NCBI GenBank assembly: GCA_964016885.1
Contig: OZ024747.1
Span: 62,682,001 to 62,746,000, forward strand
DNA: 64,000 bases
Source of the DNA: Eledone cirrhosa
Taxonomy: Eukaryota
Reading direction: 5' to 3'
The notes beneath the pieces are model-generated. The model saw nothing but the letters and a program-made list of their open reading frames with translations, made no database searches and was not told the DNA's origin. Positions within the stretch are counted from its first letter, which is position 1; each line of letters starts with the position of its first letter. Position numbers and translations under genes: made by a program. This document shows positions 27,100 through 40,235 of this stretch, in pieces.

Positions 27100-27548
27100 A
27101 CAATATATTAATAAATGGAAATTATATTTATAAAACCATATTTATTTTATTATATATATTTCAAGGGCAACCAAGGCAAATTATGGTGCGCTTTCATCAG
27201 ATAAAATACAGATTTATTTTATAAATAAATATTGACATACCCGGAAAAAAGACAACCTTAACGGTTGGAGCTTCCTGGATAGGTTGGAGCTTCCGTTAAG
27301 GTTGTCTTTTTTCCGGGTATGTCAATATTTATTTACAAAACAAATCTGTATTTTATCTGATGAAAGCGCACCATAATTTGCCTTGGTTGCCCTTGAAATA
27401 TATATAATAAAATAAATATGGTTTTATATATATAATTTGCATTTATTAATATATTGTGTATTTACTCCACCCCTGTTGAGTCCTTCATATCAGTTATAAA
27501 AATGTTTAAGCTTGTTGAATCCCAACAAATTAAATATAACCTCTGCAT
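27100..27548 (+). mobile_element. TA-embedded fold-back element, family C
   Basis: Arms 27100-27264 / 27291-27456, ~90 nt tail; a hammerhead in each arm. Confidence 0.8.
27349..27414 (+). ncRNA. Type I hammerhead ribozyme, family C (mirror copy 27143-27208 -)
   Basis: tattttat-CTGATGA-aagcgca...tgccctt-GAAA-tatata-TA-ataaaata; 8-bp stem I. Confidence 0.8.
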
Positions 27549-27559
27549 ATATATATATT

Positions 27560-27848
27560 TTAGAGATGTAAACAAGATTCAATGAGTACATCAAAGAATG
27601 AGTTTTACAGTAGATTGAAAGCACTCTACAGCGAGATATTTTCAAGAGTTATTAATATTAATTTCAAATATTAATTTAATCTACCTTGATTAAATCTTAA
27701 CCATTTAATATGTCAGGGTATGTCATGTATCATTTTATTTTATCTGATGAGGACGAACTATTGAACTTGATTCAAGTACCTCTGAAATATGTATAATAAA
27801 ATTTAATTGATCACAAGAACATCTATTTTATTAATATTTGAATTTAAT
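27560..27848. mobile_element. TA-embedded fold-back element, family D (short copy)
   Basis: Tail on the - strand plus one inverted arm; homologous to 45771-46440. Confidence 0.75.
27738..27801 (+). ncRNA. Type I hammerhead ribozyme, family D
   Basis: ttttat-CTGATGA-ggac...gtacctct-GAAA-tatgta-TA-ataaaa. Confidence 0.7.
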
Positions 27849-27866
27849 ATATATATATATATATAT

Positions 27867-28060
27867 AACGTAGGAAATGTGGTAAGGAACCAGGTGGACC
27901 ATAACGCACCAAAGTACTCAATACTTAGGGAGTAGAGTGGGTTATAGGAACGAGTAGGACCCCGACGGCTGAGCTCAAGCCGTTTCGACGGCTAATTCTG
28001 AGTCCAGAATTAGCCGTCGAAACGGCTTGAGCTCAGCCGTCGGGGTCCTACTCGTTCCTA
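27867..28060 (-). mobile_element. Family A fold-back element
   Basis: Tail 27867-27944 plus palindrome 27945-28060; TA-flanked. Confidence 0.75.
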
Positions 28061-28154
28061 TATATATAAATATATATATATACATATATATATAAGTAGG
28101 CCGAATTCACTTGCAAACCGCCAGAGATTCGATTTTACTGATTTCCAATTATAT

Positions 28155-28225
<71 letters not shown>

Positions 28226-28538
28226 TGTGTGTGTGTGTTTGTGTATGTGTGAATATGTATATATATATATAAGTGTGTGTGTATGTGTGCCTCAGACTAC
28301 CAACTACGTATAGATGTTGTCTACACGGAAGGATATGAGTTCACGTCAACTTCTCAATATGCACGCGGCCATATCTCTAGATGTTCACACATGAATGGAT
28401 CTGTCCAAATACACCTCCTCAGGTGTATACTTGTATTAACTAAGATACTCATACCATATATATTTATACAACTAGATTAAATGTGTTTGTCAAATGTACT
28501 TATGCATAATTTTAGAACCTGTGTGTATGTGAAATATG

Positions 28539-28584
<46 letters not shown>

Positions 28585-28594
28585 CATACGCCTG

Positions 28595-28626
<32 letters not shown>

Positions 28627-28659
28627 TTTTCTATTCATATATGTGGGCATGAAGCTGAA

Positions 28660-29195
28660 TGTGCGTATATATGTTTGTGTTAGAATATATCTATGAGTTA
28701 GTAGATATGTACGTGTTAGTATATATATATGTATGTGTTGTTACATATGTATGTGTTGGTACATAAGTTTGTGATAATATATATGTCTGTGTTAGTATAT
28801 ATATGTTTGTTTTAGTATATATGTATGTGTTAGTATATATGTTTGTGTTAGAATATATCTATGAGTTAGTAGATATGTACGTGTTAGTATATATATATGT
28901 TTGTGTTGGTACATATGTTTGTGTTGGTACATATGTTTGTGATAATATATATGTCTGTGTTAGTATATATATGTTTGTTTTAGTATATATGTATGTGTTA
29001 GTATATATGTTTGTGTTAATATATATGTTTGTGTTAGTATAAATATATGTGTTAATATATATGCATGTCTTCGTATATATATGTTTGTTTTAGTATATAT
29101 ATATGTGTTAATAAATACCTATGTGTTAGTATATATGTTTGTGTTAGTATATATGTATGTGTTGGTATATATGTTTGTTTTAGTATATATGTATG
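28660..29195. repeat. ~20-bp AT-rich minisatellite with a 168-bp higher-order duplication
   Basis: atatatgt(t/a)tgtgttagt units; tagaatatatctatgag at 28681 and 28849. Confidence 0.85.
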
Positions 29196-29329
29196 TGTAA
29201 TGCTGAATTTATGTATACTGGCAGACAAATAAAGTAACTATTATATTGCTATAAGTTGTACTTCTCTATATTTATTTAGAAATTCTTACCAATATTGTTC
29301 AATCGAGCATTGATCTTTGTTCTCTCTCT

Positions 29330-29379
29330 CTCACTTTCTTTTTGTCTTTCTCTCATACCTCGTCTTTCTCACTCCCTCC

Positions 29380-29416
<37 letters not shown>

Positions 29417-30000
29417 TTTCTTCCACTTTGCCTCTCTTTCATACCTCGTCTTTCTCACTCCCTCCCAATCTGTCTCTCTCTTTATCCCCCCCTCTCCCTC
29501 TCTTTCACTCTCTTTCTTCCACTTTGTCTTTCTCTCACACCTCGTCTTTCTCACTCCCTCCCAATCTGTCTCTCTCTCTCTCTCTTTATCTCCCACTATC
29601 TCTCTCTCTTTCACTCTCTTTCTTCCACTTTGTCTTTCTCTCATACCTCGTCTTTCTCACTCCCTCCCAATCTGTCTCTCTCTCTCTTTATCTCCCTCTC
29701 TCTCTCTCTCTTTCACTCTCTTTCTTCCACTTTGTCTCTCTTTCATACCTCGTCTTTCTCACTCCTTCCCAATTTGTCTCTCTCTTTATCTCCCCCTCTC
29801 CCTCTCTCTCTTTCTTCCACTTTGTCTTTCTCTCACACCTCGTCTTTCTAACTCCCCCCCCCCCAATCTGTCTCTCTCTCTTTATTTCCCACACTCTCTC
29901 TGTCTCTTTCTTCCACTTTGTCTTTCTCTCATACCTCGTCTTTCTCACTCCCTCCCAATCTGTCTCTCTCTCTCTTTATCTCCCACTATCTTTCTCTTCC
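29330..30000. repeat. CT-rich ~100-bp minisatellite (~7 units)
   Basis: ctctttcttccactttgtctttctctca(t/c)acctcgtctttctcactccctcccaatctgtc repeated. Confidence 0.9.
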
Positions 30001-30258
30001 TCTCCTACGTTGTCTTTCTCTCTCTCTCTCCTGCTTTGTCTGTCTGTCCCTTCTCCCAATCAGTCAATTTCTGTCTTCCTCTTCCCCATCTCTCTCTTCC
30101 TCTCTCACATTGTCCCCCTCTCCCTCTTCCGTTCTATTTCTCTTCCTCTCGCCCTCACTCTCCCTCTTACTTCAACTGCTACAACAACAAGCTCCTTTCT
30201 TTAAAATCTTAAACCTGCTCACGAGACACCATATTCAAACATATTTCATGTCATGTTT

Positions 30259-30350
30259 GAGCCCCGCCAGATGGAGTGGCTGTTTCAGTGCGTCTTCCTC
30301 CCCGTCTTCCGGTGCAATGCATTCTCCATCTTGTTGGCCGGGACCCTGGT
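30259..30350 (+). mobile_element. CRE-like 3' fragment
   Basis: Translates EPRQMEWLFQCVFLPVFRCNAFSILLAG. Confidence 0.6.
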
Positions 30351-30377
30351 ACTATTAAATAAAATCACCTATTTTAA

Positions 30378-30599
30378 CCCTTTAGTTACCAACCCAGCCC
30401 TGGTTATATGAAATAATATCATCCATTCTAAAGATTCCCAATTTAAATTAAAATCTTCCATCATAATTTTATTTAAGTACCTTACACGAAGTTACTATCT
30501 TAGTCATAAAATAATTAATAACTTTAGTAAATCCCTCGAAATTCTTCATTAATTAATTAAAATACAGTATATTCCATTAGAAATATAGTCATGAAAGGG
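30378..30599. mobile_element. piggyBac-like MITE
   Basis: TTAA-cccttt... at left, ...aaaggg-CTAA at right (degenerate TTAA). Confidence 0.55.
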
Positions 30600-30722
30600 C
30601 TAAAGTGTCACCAATGATGTCTTGTAGGATGTATTCCATGTCTGCGTGTTCAGATTACAAAGGTAGTTTGGTCATGCGGTCTATATATTAGTACTTTGTG
30701 TATGTGTTTCTCTCTCTATATA

Positions 30723-30800
<78 letters not shown>

Positions 30801-30802
<2 letters not shown>

Positions 30803-31256
30803 CGGGTAAAATGAAACAAAATTTCATTTCCCACACTTAGTACGGCTGTTACTTAAATAGAAGTATGTACACGTACATACATATATGTATACAGACGTAC
30901 AGTAGTATGTATATATATATACAAACATGCACACATATATATATATGTACGTATGGATTCACCGAACATTGGGAAATGAAATTTTGTTTCATTTTACCCG
31001 TTTATCGTTTTCGGTGCACCCGGCCGATTAACCCACACGATATGCAAATTGGGCTACTCAGCCGTTAATATGCATAAGGTAAGTATATACGTTCAACAAT
31101 CTGGCAGGAAGGTATACGTTGCTGACGATAGCTAATAAGCTTGAAACTAGTACAGCGTTCCTTTGTCAGTGTTGAACAAACGAGCAACGATGGTTGCTAG
31201 AGACTACGGCTTAATACGGGATGTTTGTTTACAAACACACCGAGCATTATAATAAA
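30801..31256 (+). mobile_element. Family B element, diverged copy with inverted 5' part
   Basis: Homologous to 16621-17604; 30801-30832 is the reverse complement of 30970-31002. Confidence 0.75.
31116..31158 (+). ncRNA. Minimal type I hammerhead ribozyme, family B
   Basis: acgttg-CTGACGA-t-agc(taataa)gct-t-GAAA-ctag-TA-cagcgt; differences from the 17192 copy are at N7, loop II and a G.U to U.G swap in stem I. Confidence 0.85.
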
Positions 31257-31350
31257 TGTATGTACGTGTACATATATAAATATATATATATATATATCAT
31301 ACTTTGTCTCTTTCTCTCCAGCTTTGTCTCTACCTCTCCTGTGTTGTCTT

Positions 31351-31415
<65 letters not shown>

Positions 31416-31816
31416 GTATGTGTGTGTATGTATGTGTGTGTGTATGTTATAAATTTAACGGTCAGAAACCTACAATATACATTGATCGTATAAACACAAA
31501 TTAACTTACTTTATATACAGACTAACCCATAGAATAAAAAGCAATGACAGTGACCCGAGAGAGAAAGGGAGGGAGTGGAATAGAATGTAAAAATGAAAAT
31601 AAGCTAGACATATTTATTTGTATGTATGTATGTGCGCATGTATATGTGTGAGTGTATGTATATGTATGCGTGCATGTATAAGTGTGAGTGTATATATATA
31701 TATGTGTGTGTGTGTGCATGTATGTGCAGTAAAGGAAAGTAGACATACATATCATATCAAGATATTTACAATTATTTCATACATATATTACACACACACA
31801 CAAACCTATACATGCA

Positions 31817-31916
<100 letters not shown>

Positions 31917-32210
31917 TATACATTTGTGTAGAAAGAAAGAAAAGCAAAGAGACATACAGAGAGAGATACGAAAAATTTACAATTATTCAGATATACCTAG
32001 ATATTACACGTAGATACACATACCTGCACACAGATCCGCCCCCCTCCCCCCATACATACATACATAGATACATCTATATATATATATATATACACACACA
32101 CACGCATAGATCAGCAGCACCCCCATACATACATATATATATATATACATATAAATACACACACACACACAAACACACACATATATATATATATATATAT
32201 ACATACACAT

Positions 32211-32243
<33 letters not shown>

Positions 32244-33367
32244 CACGCACAATACACATACATACATATATACACATATAAATATATACATACATACATA
32301 GACACACACATATACATATACACACTCACAATACACATACATACATGTATACTTATTTCATGCATTGTTGAGTTGAACGACGAAGAGCTTTATGTAATGT
32401 ATTTGGTTCCTTGGAGCAAATTACTTGTTCTTTAAAAGAAAACGCATTTGGTATAGAATTATTTCAACCAAGTGTATACGACAGTTTTGAAGAATTCTTT
32501 TTATTATTGCTTCCTATTATACTATTTCCACAGAATATATGCTACTGTATTTACATTATTCATGTAGGTGTAAACACATGGAAATTTCAATGTTAACCTC
32601 AAGACATTTTGGATTCTTTGCTATATGTTTCTGTTGCTTTGGTTAGTGGATATATTGCTTGTATATGTGTGTTTATATAGACATATGCATATATTTCTTT
32701 GTGTGTTTGTGTGAGTGAGTTATTGTGTGTGTTCTCCCTTACTACCATTTTCTATCTCCATACAAACACAGGCGCAAGTACATACACATACAGACATATA
32801 TGATACGACGTATATATTTTTTGTTTGTTATTTGTAAACATGTGTATATGATATATAATATATGTAGAGTGTGTGTGACTTTGAAGTTTCACAGGAAATA
32901 AAATTTCTTTAAATAGTTTCAAGTTGCACTTTAGACAAAAATTCTAACCAACTTTGGTTATTTCTACTTTCAATTCTAGTGTTCGCTGTGAAATATGAAA
33001 AAAAAATAAAAGTGGGGACATCACATGATTTACTTCTCAGTAGGCAAGAAGTGAGATCAATCTGACTAGTTTCTAGATTTTTAAAATCATCAGATATAAG
33101 ATCCCTGTTTTCTCTACACCAAGAAAACAATAGTTACACACACTCGCATACTAGTATATATACTAGTTACACACCCTCGCACTCGTATACATACACACAC
33201 ATATATATGTATATATAGTATACACACATACACACACACACACACACATATATACATTTAAGTTCATAAAAATCCATTTTCGTACAACTCAAAATATATA
33301 AGAAACCATCGTAAGTTAATTAAAATGATATTTAATTAACTATTTCGGTCCGTTCTATTATTATATA

Positions 33368-33862
33368 TACTAGCAGAAAAACCACCCTTCGAGTGGTTTT
33401 CTGCTAGCATGTGTAGTGTGTATATTGATATTATACACAAATATATATGCATGTAGATATGATACGTCAAATAAAATCGTAATTGACAATATACACAGAA
33501 ATAGAACTAAGTCTATGTTACACTCTCTTATGTAATCAGTAAAGTAATCGATGAAACATTAAAGAAAGACGATATTATGTATAAACTGCATTAGGAGAAA
33601 ATTAGCGACGAAAATATGTGATGTTTTTATAAGCGTTATAATATAACGGCCGCTAACCGGAAGTGTTGACATTTGAAAATTTTAAAGAAGTGAATCATTA
33701 AATAAGCTATAAAATATATTTAATCAACAGCCACGAAATTTAGCACATAAATTATGTAATATTCATTCATTATTTATTCAAAGTACTCCAACTTATTTTA
33801 CAAACGGGGTAAAAAATATATTCTGGACGGAGTCCCGCACTCCTCTCTTTATTATGGTTAAG

Positions 33863-33865
<3 letters not shown>
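33368..33865 (+). mobile_element. Possible Helentron-associated non-autonomous element
   Basis: Starts actagcagaa with a terminal hairpin (ctagcagaaaaccac...gtggttttctgctag), ends ttttattatggttaagat; start resembles 53969. Confidence 0.35.
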
Positions 33866-33919
<54 letters not shown>

Positions 33920-34594
33920 AGGTAAATGATATAACTAAATTTCAAAACAGTGAATGCGCTGATATTGTAGATTAATTAATTCGAAGTGTACTAGGCAAGA
34001 TTTATTGTATAGCTGAATTGCCAATAGATTTTAAGATGGCAAGATGTGATTTGAGGGAAACTTGGCTGATATCTTTAAAAGGTCAAGATACAGTATCGGA
34101 TTTCTTCGTTGCTAGCGCTATCGTTGTTTCACTTTAAGTCCAAATGAAAAGTGTTCCATCTATGACCATTCCATCTTGTCTAAGCACGATGTATCTAATT
34201 CGATATTATGAATTATATTCTTTCCGTATGGTCCTTCTACCTTCTCAGCAAACCCGTTGCATTTTAGTGGCTTTATTCCCTTGCTTGGGATGAGACCCCC
34301 CCCCCCCCTCCACACACACACACACACACAAATTATAGCATAGCACTATGTGAAAAAGCTGGACTTTTAAATTACAGATAGAATCCATCTGACTAGATTC
34401 CAGACAATTTCTACTTACCCAATTACTCAGACAAGACTTGGCTAACCTGAAATTATGATCAATGATTCTTGCTCATAATTCCACACTGTGGGATCGAAGC
34501 CGGGACCTAATGATTGTAAAGGGAAGTCCTTAAATATTTATCCATGCTGCGTTCAAGTGACTACATAGATGCTACCTGATGCAATTGTTATTGT

Positions 34595-34866
34595 GCATGG
34601 CCTAGTGGTAAGGGTGTTTGTTTTACGAACATAATGTCGTGGGTTCGAATCCTGGGCTGGGTTGAGCAAAAGATTTTCATTCCCGTTGCTCCAGTATACT
34701 CAGTATACTCAGTATACTCAGTATACTCAGCTGCAATGAGTACCAGCAAAGGGTGAGGTGCTAATCCTGTGATAGGCGGAGTTGTGTACTCTTAGTCACT
34801 TCATGTCACGAAAACCGGGAGAAGTACCAGCCTGATGAGACTTAGAGCTTGAGACAGACTTTACTT
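34595..34866 (+). mobile_element. tRNA-derived SINE (different 3' part from S2)
   Basis: A-box TGGCCTAGTGG, B-box GGTTCGAATCC, (CTTTA)n-type tail; internal 9-bp tandem cagtatact x4. Confidence 0.7.
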
Positions 34867-35174
34867 TATCTTATCAGAGGTGGATTAAGCTTACATGCGC
34901 ACACAGCAGAACCTTTCATCTGGGCTCTTATGTATTATTTATGGTAGAACAAATATCTGAGGTCCTTATCAATATTTTGAGGGACTCAGTTATCTTCCAA
35001 CTCTTCACAGATCCTTACTACTATATTGTAGCATTTATGAATAACAATAACAAGGATTAAATTAAATTAAATCATTTAATTGATTGATGAACCTTGAAAT
35101 ATTCTTTGTATATCCTTTATATGGTTGTATTATCAACTCATCTAAACTCTTAAATATATATATATATATATATA

Positions 35175-35453
35175 CGATATTAAATAAATGGAAACTATAT
35201 TTATTAAACCATATTTATTTCATTATATATATTTCAGGGATATCATATTAACAATATGTTATGCCTTCTTCAGACAAAATACAATATAGACAGTTTTATA
35301 GATAAATAGATTTGACATACCGTTCAACATCGACTTGTATTTGAAAAAGTTGATTTATTTATCGTAAATATACTCCAAATACTTGTTGAGTGCTTTTATA
35401 TCAGTTATAAATATTTACTAGTTGTAACCCAACAATTTAAATATAACTTTTCA
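35175..35453. mobile_element. Family C2 element with hammerhead at 35216-35281 (-)
   Basis: Reverse strand tattttgt-CTGAAGA-ag...ct-GAAA-tatata-TA-atgaaata; joined to a + strand tail; TA-flanked. Confidence 0.75.
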
Positions 35454-35657
35454 TATATATATATATGTGTGTGTGTGTAATAAACAACACAACATAATTA
35501 TTCAATTGCCCAAGGTTTCACTAAGTTAGACGATTCTAACAGAAGCGTCTGAATTCAGAAGGAATCTTTATTTGGATATAAGATATGAAATTTTAATTTA
35601 TTATCTGTACTATACATGGAGCACTCTTCTATCCTTTACCTTTTCCACGGAAATACT

Positions 35658-35744
<87 letters not shown>

Positions 35745-35823
35745 AATGAGAGAGAGAGAGAAAGAGAGAAAATATAAAGTCGTCTGATTTACTGGAAAGG
35801 ATTATATATATATATATATATAT

Positions 35824-36024
35824 ATCAAGTAAGAATATTTTCGAAACAGCGAGCGAGTTTGAAATTATAAATGTAAGCTATCGCCGTATTTTGACTAAAG
35901 ATGAGTATTGACGTAGTCGATACTCATCTTTTTCCATTTCTCCGAGGTTTCTTAACCCCACTATCAGGCTAAATAATTTTCTTTAATTTTTTTAGTCAAA
36001 ATACGGCGATAGCTTACATTTATA

Positions 36025-36025
<1 letters not shown>
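35824..36025. mobile_element. TA-embedded fold-back element (same family as 41523-41820)
   Basis: Inverted arms ttataaatgtaagctatcgccgtattttgactaaa / tttagtcaaaatacggcgatagcttacatttataa plus an inner hairpin. Confidence 0.65.
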
Positions 36026-36066
<41 letters not shown>

Positions 36067-36514
36067 TAGAGATAGGTTGGGAGAGATTGAGAGAGAGTTA
36101 GCTGCAGTTATTGTTGTTACTGTTATAACATAACCTACGTTAACGCCATTATTTAACTAGTTCTATTGAACAGTTTAAGCAGTTTCAAAACAAACATTTT
36201 GTTCGTAGACAAAAAAAACCCCCCAACAATAACAAGAAAAGAAACCCACAAAAATAACAATGGAAACAAACAAAAACAAGAAAAACAAACAAACGAAAAA
36301 AACCAGACGACATTTCATAAACGATTTTTTTTTAAATCTGATGACCGCCGCGGAGAGAAAGAGAGGAAGATGGAAGATATATAATAAATCTATTTGAAGA
36401 AAAATAAACATAAATAGACAAACTAAATCTTATTTAATTCTAGGTTTTCTGGGTGGGGTTTGAGGGGTAGTGGAGGGAGCTAGCATGTTGGGGATGGTGA
36501 ATGGAGAATTGTTA

Positions 36515-36840
36515 CAATGTTGTTATTTCTATTATTATTACTGTCGTTGTTGTTCCAGTCGTTGGTGTTTTTGTTGTTGTTGTTGTTGCTTTTATTCTTA
36601 ATTCTGCCGTCGTTGGTGTTGTTTCTGTTGCCATTGTTGTTGTTGTTGTTTGTGATGTTGTTGTTGTTGTAGTTCTTGTTTCTGTTGCGATTGTTGTTGT
36701 TTCCGGTGTCGTTGTTGTTGTTGCTGTAATTCTTGGTTCTGTTGCGATTGTTGTTGTTTCCGATGTCGTGGTGGTTGTTGATGTTGTTGTTCTTGTTTCT
36801 GTTGTTGTTGTTGTTATTGTTGTTTTTGATGTCGTTTTAT
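36515..36840. repeat. Degenerate (GTT)n tract
   Basis: Direct reading. Confidence 0.85.
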
Positions 36841-37205
36841 CTGTTTTATTTTGTGATTGAGTCTACGACGGAATACAGGAATAATCAACTATTTTCGGTT
36901 TTTCTATTAAATAAAAAACGCTACTTTTGTATAAATCTCTACACCGGCGTGTATATATACATTTATGTGTGCTTATCTATATATATACGTGTGCATTTGT
37001 GTGTACCTTTATATTTGTCAGTTTCTATGTATGTGTGGGCTTGTGAACGTTTGTACGAATGTTTTTGTTCATACATTATGTACGTTATGTATCTATATAT
37101 GTGTACATATTTGCGTAAGCATTATACACACACATATATATATATATACATGTGTGTGTGTCTACATAAGTGCGTATATATATAAATATAGAAACGCACG
37201 TATAT

Positions 37206-37260
<55 letters not shown>

Positions 37261-37789
37261 TAGAAACGCACGTATATATACACACATATATATATATATA
37301 TATATGCATACATGACTGTGTATATGCATGTAACTGTACATGTGTGTATCTCTGTATGCATATCTATGTACGTGTGTATGCATACACATATGTGTGTGTG
37401 TCTTCGTGCGTGTTTGTGTGTGTGCATGAAGGAATACATTTGTGTAAGTATATCAGTGCGTATGTATTTGTATGGTGTATGGTGTATGTGACAGATTCCA
37501 ATATGGCGGTAAATCTGTTAGGTAATTATGGAAGGAAAATTAACTCATGTTATTTGAACATTTTCCTGAGGCTATGTTTGATTATTTTTTCAGTTGCTTT
37601 TGTAAGAATTTTTTTAACATAGATATTTAAAGATCGATTTGATATTAATTGTTTTACGGTGAGGTGTGGTGGAGAGAATCAGATCAGAAAATAATAATTA
37701 GTTTGAGACCCAACAAAGGCATTTATAGTCGCAACCCAATGTAGGTCAACAATATGAGTACATATTTACATACATATACCTCTCCCCAG

Positions 37790-38004
37790 TGAAGGCGTGT
37801 GGCTGATTGTTTAGAGAACTGGATTTGCAATCGTGAGGTTGTCAGTTCGATTCCTGGACCCGGCGATGCGTTATGTCTTTGAGCAAGACACTTTATTTCA
37901 TGTTGCTCCTTCTACCTGGAGTTTCGACCGATAGATAGTATTAGCAATTGGAAAGACCAAGGAAACATTGTGTCCTTGGTCCGATTTCACGAAAGTCAAT
38001 CGAC
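37790..38004 (+). mobile_element. S2 SINE, full length
   Basis: Matches 46690-46911. Confidence 0.8.
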
Positions 38005-38008
38005 AAAT

Positions 38009-38125
38009 TTCTCCCTTACCATCCTCCAGGGAAACGTCTTCTCCATTCTGTCCGCCGGGCTGTGGGGAGGTCAGCACGAGGGACCCCATTTGCTCACCAT
38101 ACGGGGAGGGCGAGAGAGATGGAGG
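38009..38125 (+). mobile_element. CRE-like extreme 3' fragment
   Basis: Translates SLTILQGNVFSILSAG...GPHLLTIR, as in 5945-6205. Confidence 0.65.
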
Positions 38126-38351
38126 CGATGACAGTGGAAGTTCTGCTGTTCTTTCATGTTTACTTAGGTTACAATTGCATTGTGATTGAAACTAATTATT
38201 GGAAAGGCTTTTCTATTGTATTCAGAATACCATAAGTAGTTTTACTCGTCATTTTACCTATTAAAATTACATTTATTTCTCCTTCCTCCTACAAATTATC
38301 TTTCGTTAGTAATATATTTTTAGATCCCTAACTCTGTCTATCTTCTATATA

Positions 38352-38710
38352 CAGTGTGTTCGCTTTTTACGTTCGTGAACGCGGCACGTAAAGCAAATTC
38401 GCGGAATTCAAGTCTAATAATAATTCAATACAGCACCTAGGTGGAGACTGTCAGTGGCGTTAGAGAGAGAGAGAGAAACAATTGAATAAAAATATAACTC
38501 TAACATATCTAATATATACTATATTATTATTTCTGGTGATATCCTTTGTCAATTCTAATGTTATATTATATTTCTGATAAATCAAAAAAATTAACAATCA
38601 CACACGCTATAGTGCGTTATTCGCGCAAAGTGAATATTTAATGATATTTTTTCAAGAGGCGTTAAAGCGATTTCGCGAACTTCAAGTTCGCGTAAAAACC
38701 TAACAGACTG
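38352..38710. mobile_element. Tigger-like MITE, copy 2
   Basis: Homologous to 5413-5882; TA-flanked. Confidence 0.8.
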
Positions 38711-38789
38711 TATATAAAACCTAATGATTGTTTTGGGGGTACAGGAAATCTCTAATTATTGTTGTTATTGTTTGTTTTTATGGAGCAGA

Positions 38790-39720
38790 AGGCGGTAGAT
38801 TGGCAGTCTCGTTAGAATGTCAAACAACATACTTTGCGGCTTAGAGTTACGGCTCTTCACTTTCTGAGTTCAAATACCGCCGAGGTTAGCTTTGCCATTC
38901 ATCCTAATGCAGTTGATGAAATAAAGCACCAGTAACGCACTGGGGTCGATTTAATGGACTTCCCCTTTCTCTTCAAATTGCTGGCCTTGTGCCAAAAGTA
39001 GAAACAAGTGTTATGAAACAAAAGGCGGCAGAGCATCAGGTAGAAAGCCTTTCAGATAGAACTCATTTTGGCTGTCTGCGCTCTGAGTGTAAATCCTGTC
39101 ATGGTCCTCATTGTCTATCATCTTTTCGGGGTCAATAAAATAAAGTACCAGTTAAGTACTGGGGTCTAAAAATCGGCTTTCCCTTCCCCCAAATCCAGCC
39201 TTGTATTGGCAGTATCAGTACAGCATCAGACGCCATGCTTTGCAGCAAAGAGTTACGGCCCTTTATGGTCTGAGTTCAAATCCAGCCGAGGTTAACTTTG
39301 CCTTTCATCCTTACGGGGGTCGATAAAATAAAGTACCAGTTATGTACTGGTTTCTATATAATCGACTCCCCCTTCCCCAAAATTACTGGCCTTGTGCCTA
39401 TGTTAGAATTATTATTATTATAAGCCAGAGAAGAGAGAAGTAAGATGACTATATTCTTATCAACATCAATATTACTGTTTCTACTTTTGGCACAAGACAG
39501 CAATTACCCCAGTGCATTACTGGTACTTTATTTTATCGACCCGTAAAGATGAAAGGCAAAGTTAACCTCGACGGGATTTGAACTCAGAATGGCAAGGGCC
39601 GTAACTCAATGCGTCAAAGCATAGCGTCCGACCCTCTACCGATACTGCCAATCCAATCAACATAATTGTTTCTACTTTAGGCACAAGGCCAGCAATTACC
39701 CAGTGCATTACTGGTACTTT
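38790..39720. mobile_element. Cluster of five S1 SINE copies or fragments (three +, two -)
   Basis: Repeated S1 consensus; 39205-39420 (+) and 39477-39655 (-) are tail-to-tail. Confidence 0.8.
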
Positions 39721-39827
39721 AAAGTTCTATTTCTATAAAATGTTGGTTCCATTCATATGAAGTATATTTTTACTAAATTGCAAAATATTAGCAAAGCGAT
39801 CATTTCAAGTTGAACTGAAAATGTAGA

Positions 39828-39843
39828 GTTGGACCATACGCTG

Positions 39844-39905
<62 letters not shown>

Positions 39906-40170
39906 TTAGACCATACGCTTGAGTATATGAGTGCGTGTAGTTAGACCACAAGCTGGGGTGTCAGTGTGTGTAGTTAGACCATGCGCTGGAATGTGTGTGA
40001 GTGGTTACACTACGCACTAGAGAGAGAGTGAGTGAGTGAGTGAGTGAGTGAGTGAGTGAGTGAGTGAGTGAGTGAGTGAGAGTGAGTGGGTGAGTGAGTG
40101 AGTGAGTGAGTGAGTGAGTGAGTGAGTGAGTGAGTGAGTGAGTGAGTGAGTGAGTGAGTGAGTGAGTGAG

Positions 40171-40219
<49 letters not shown>

Positions 40220-40235
40220 TAAGACCAAAATGCTG
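39828..40235. repeat. Compound repeat: ttagaccatacgctgg-like units separated by (TG)n and (TGAG)n
   Basis: Direct reading. Confidence 0.8.
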
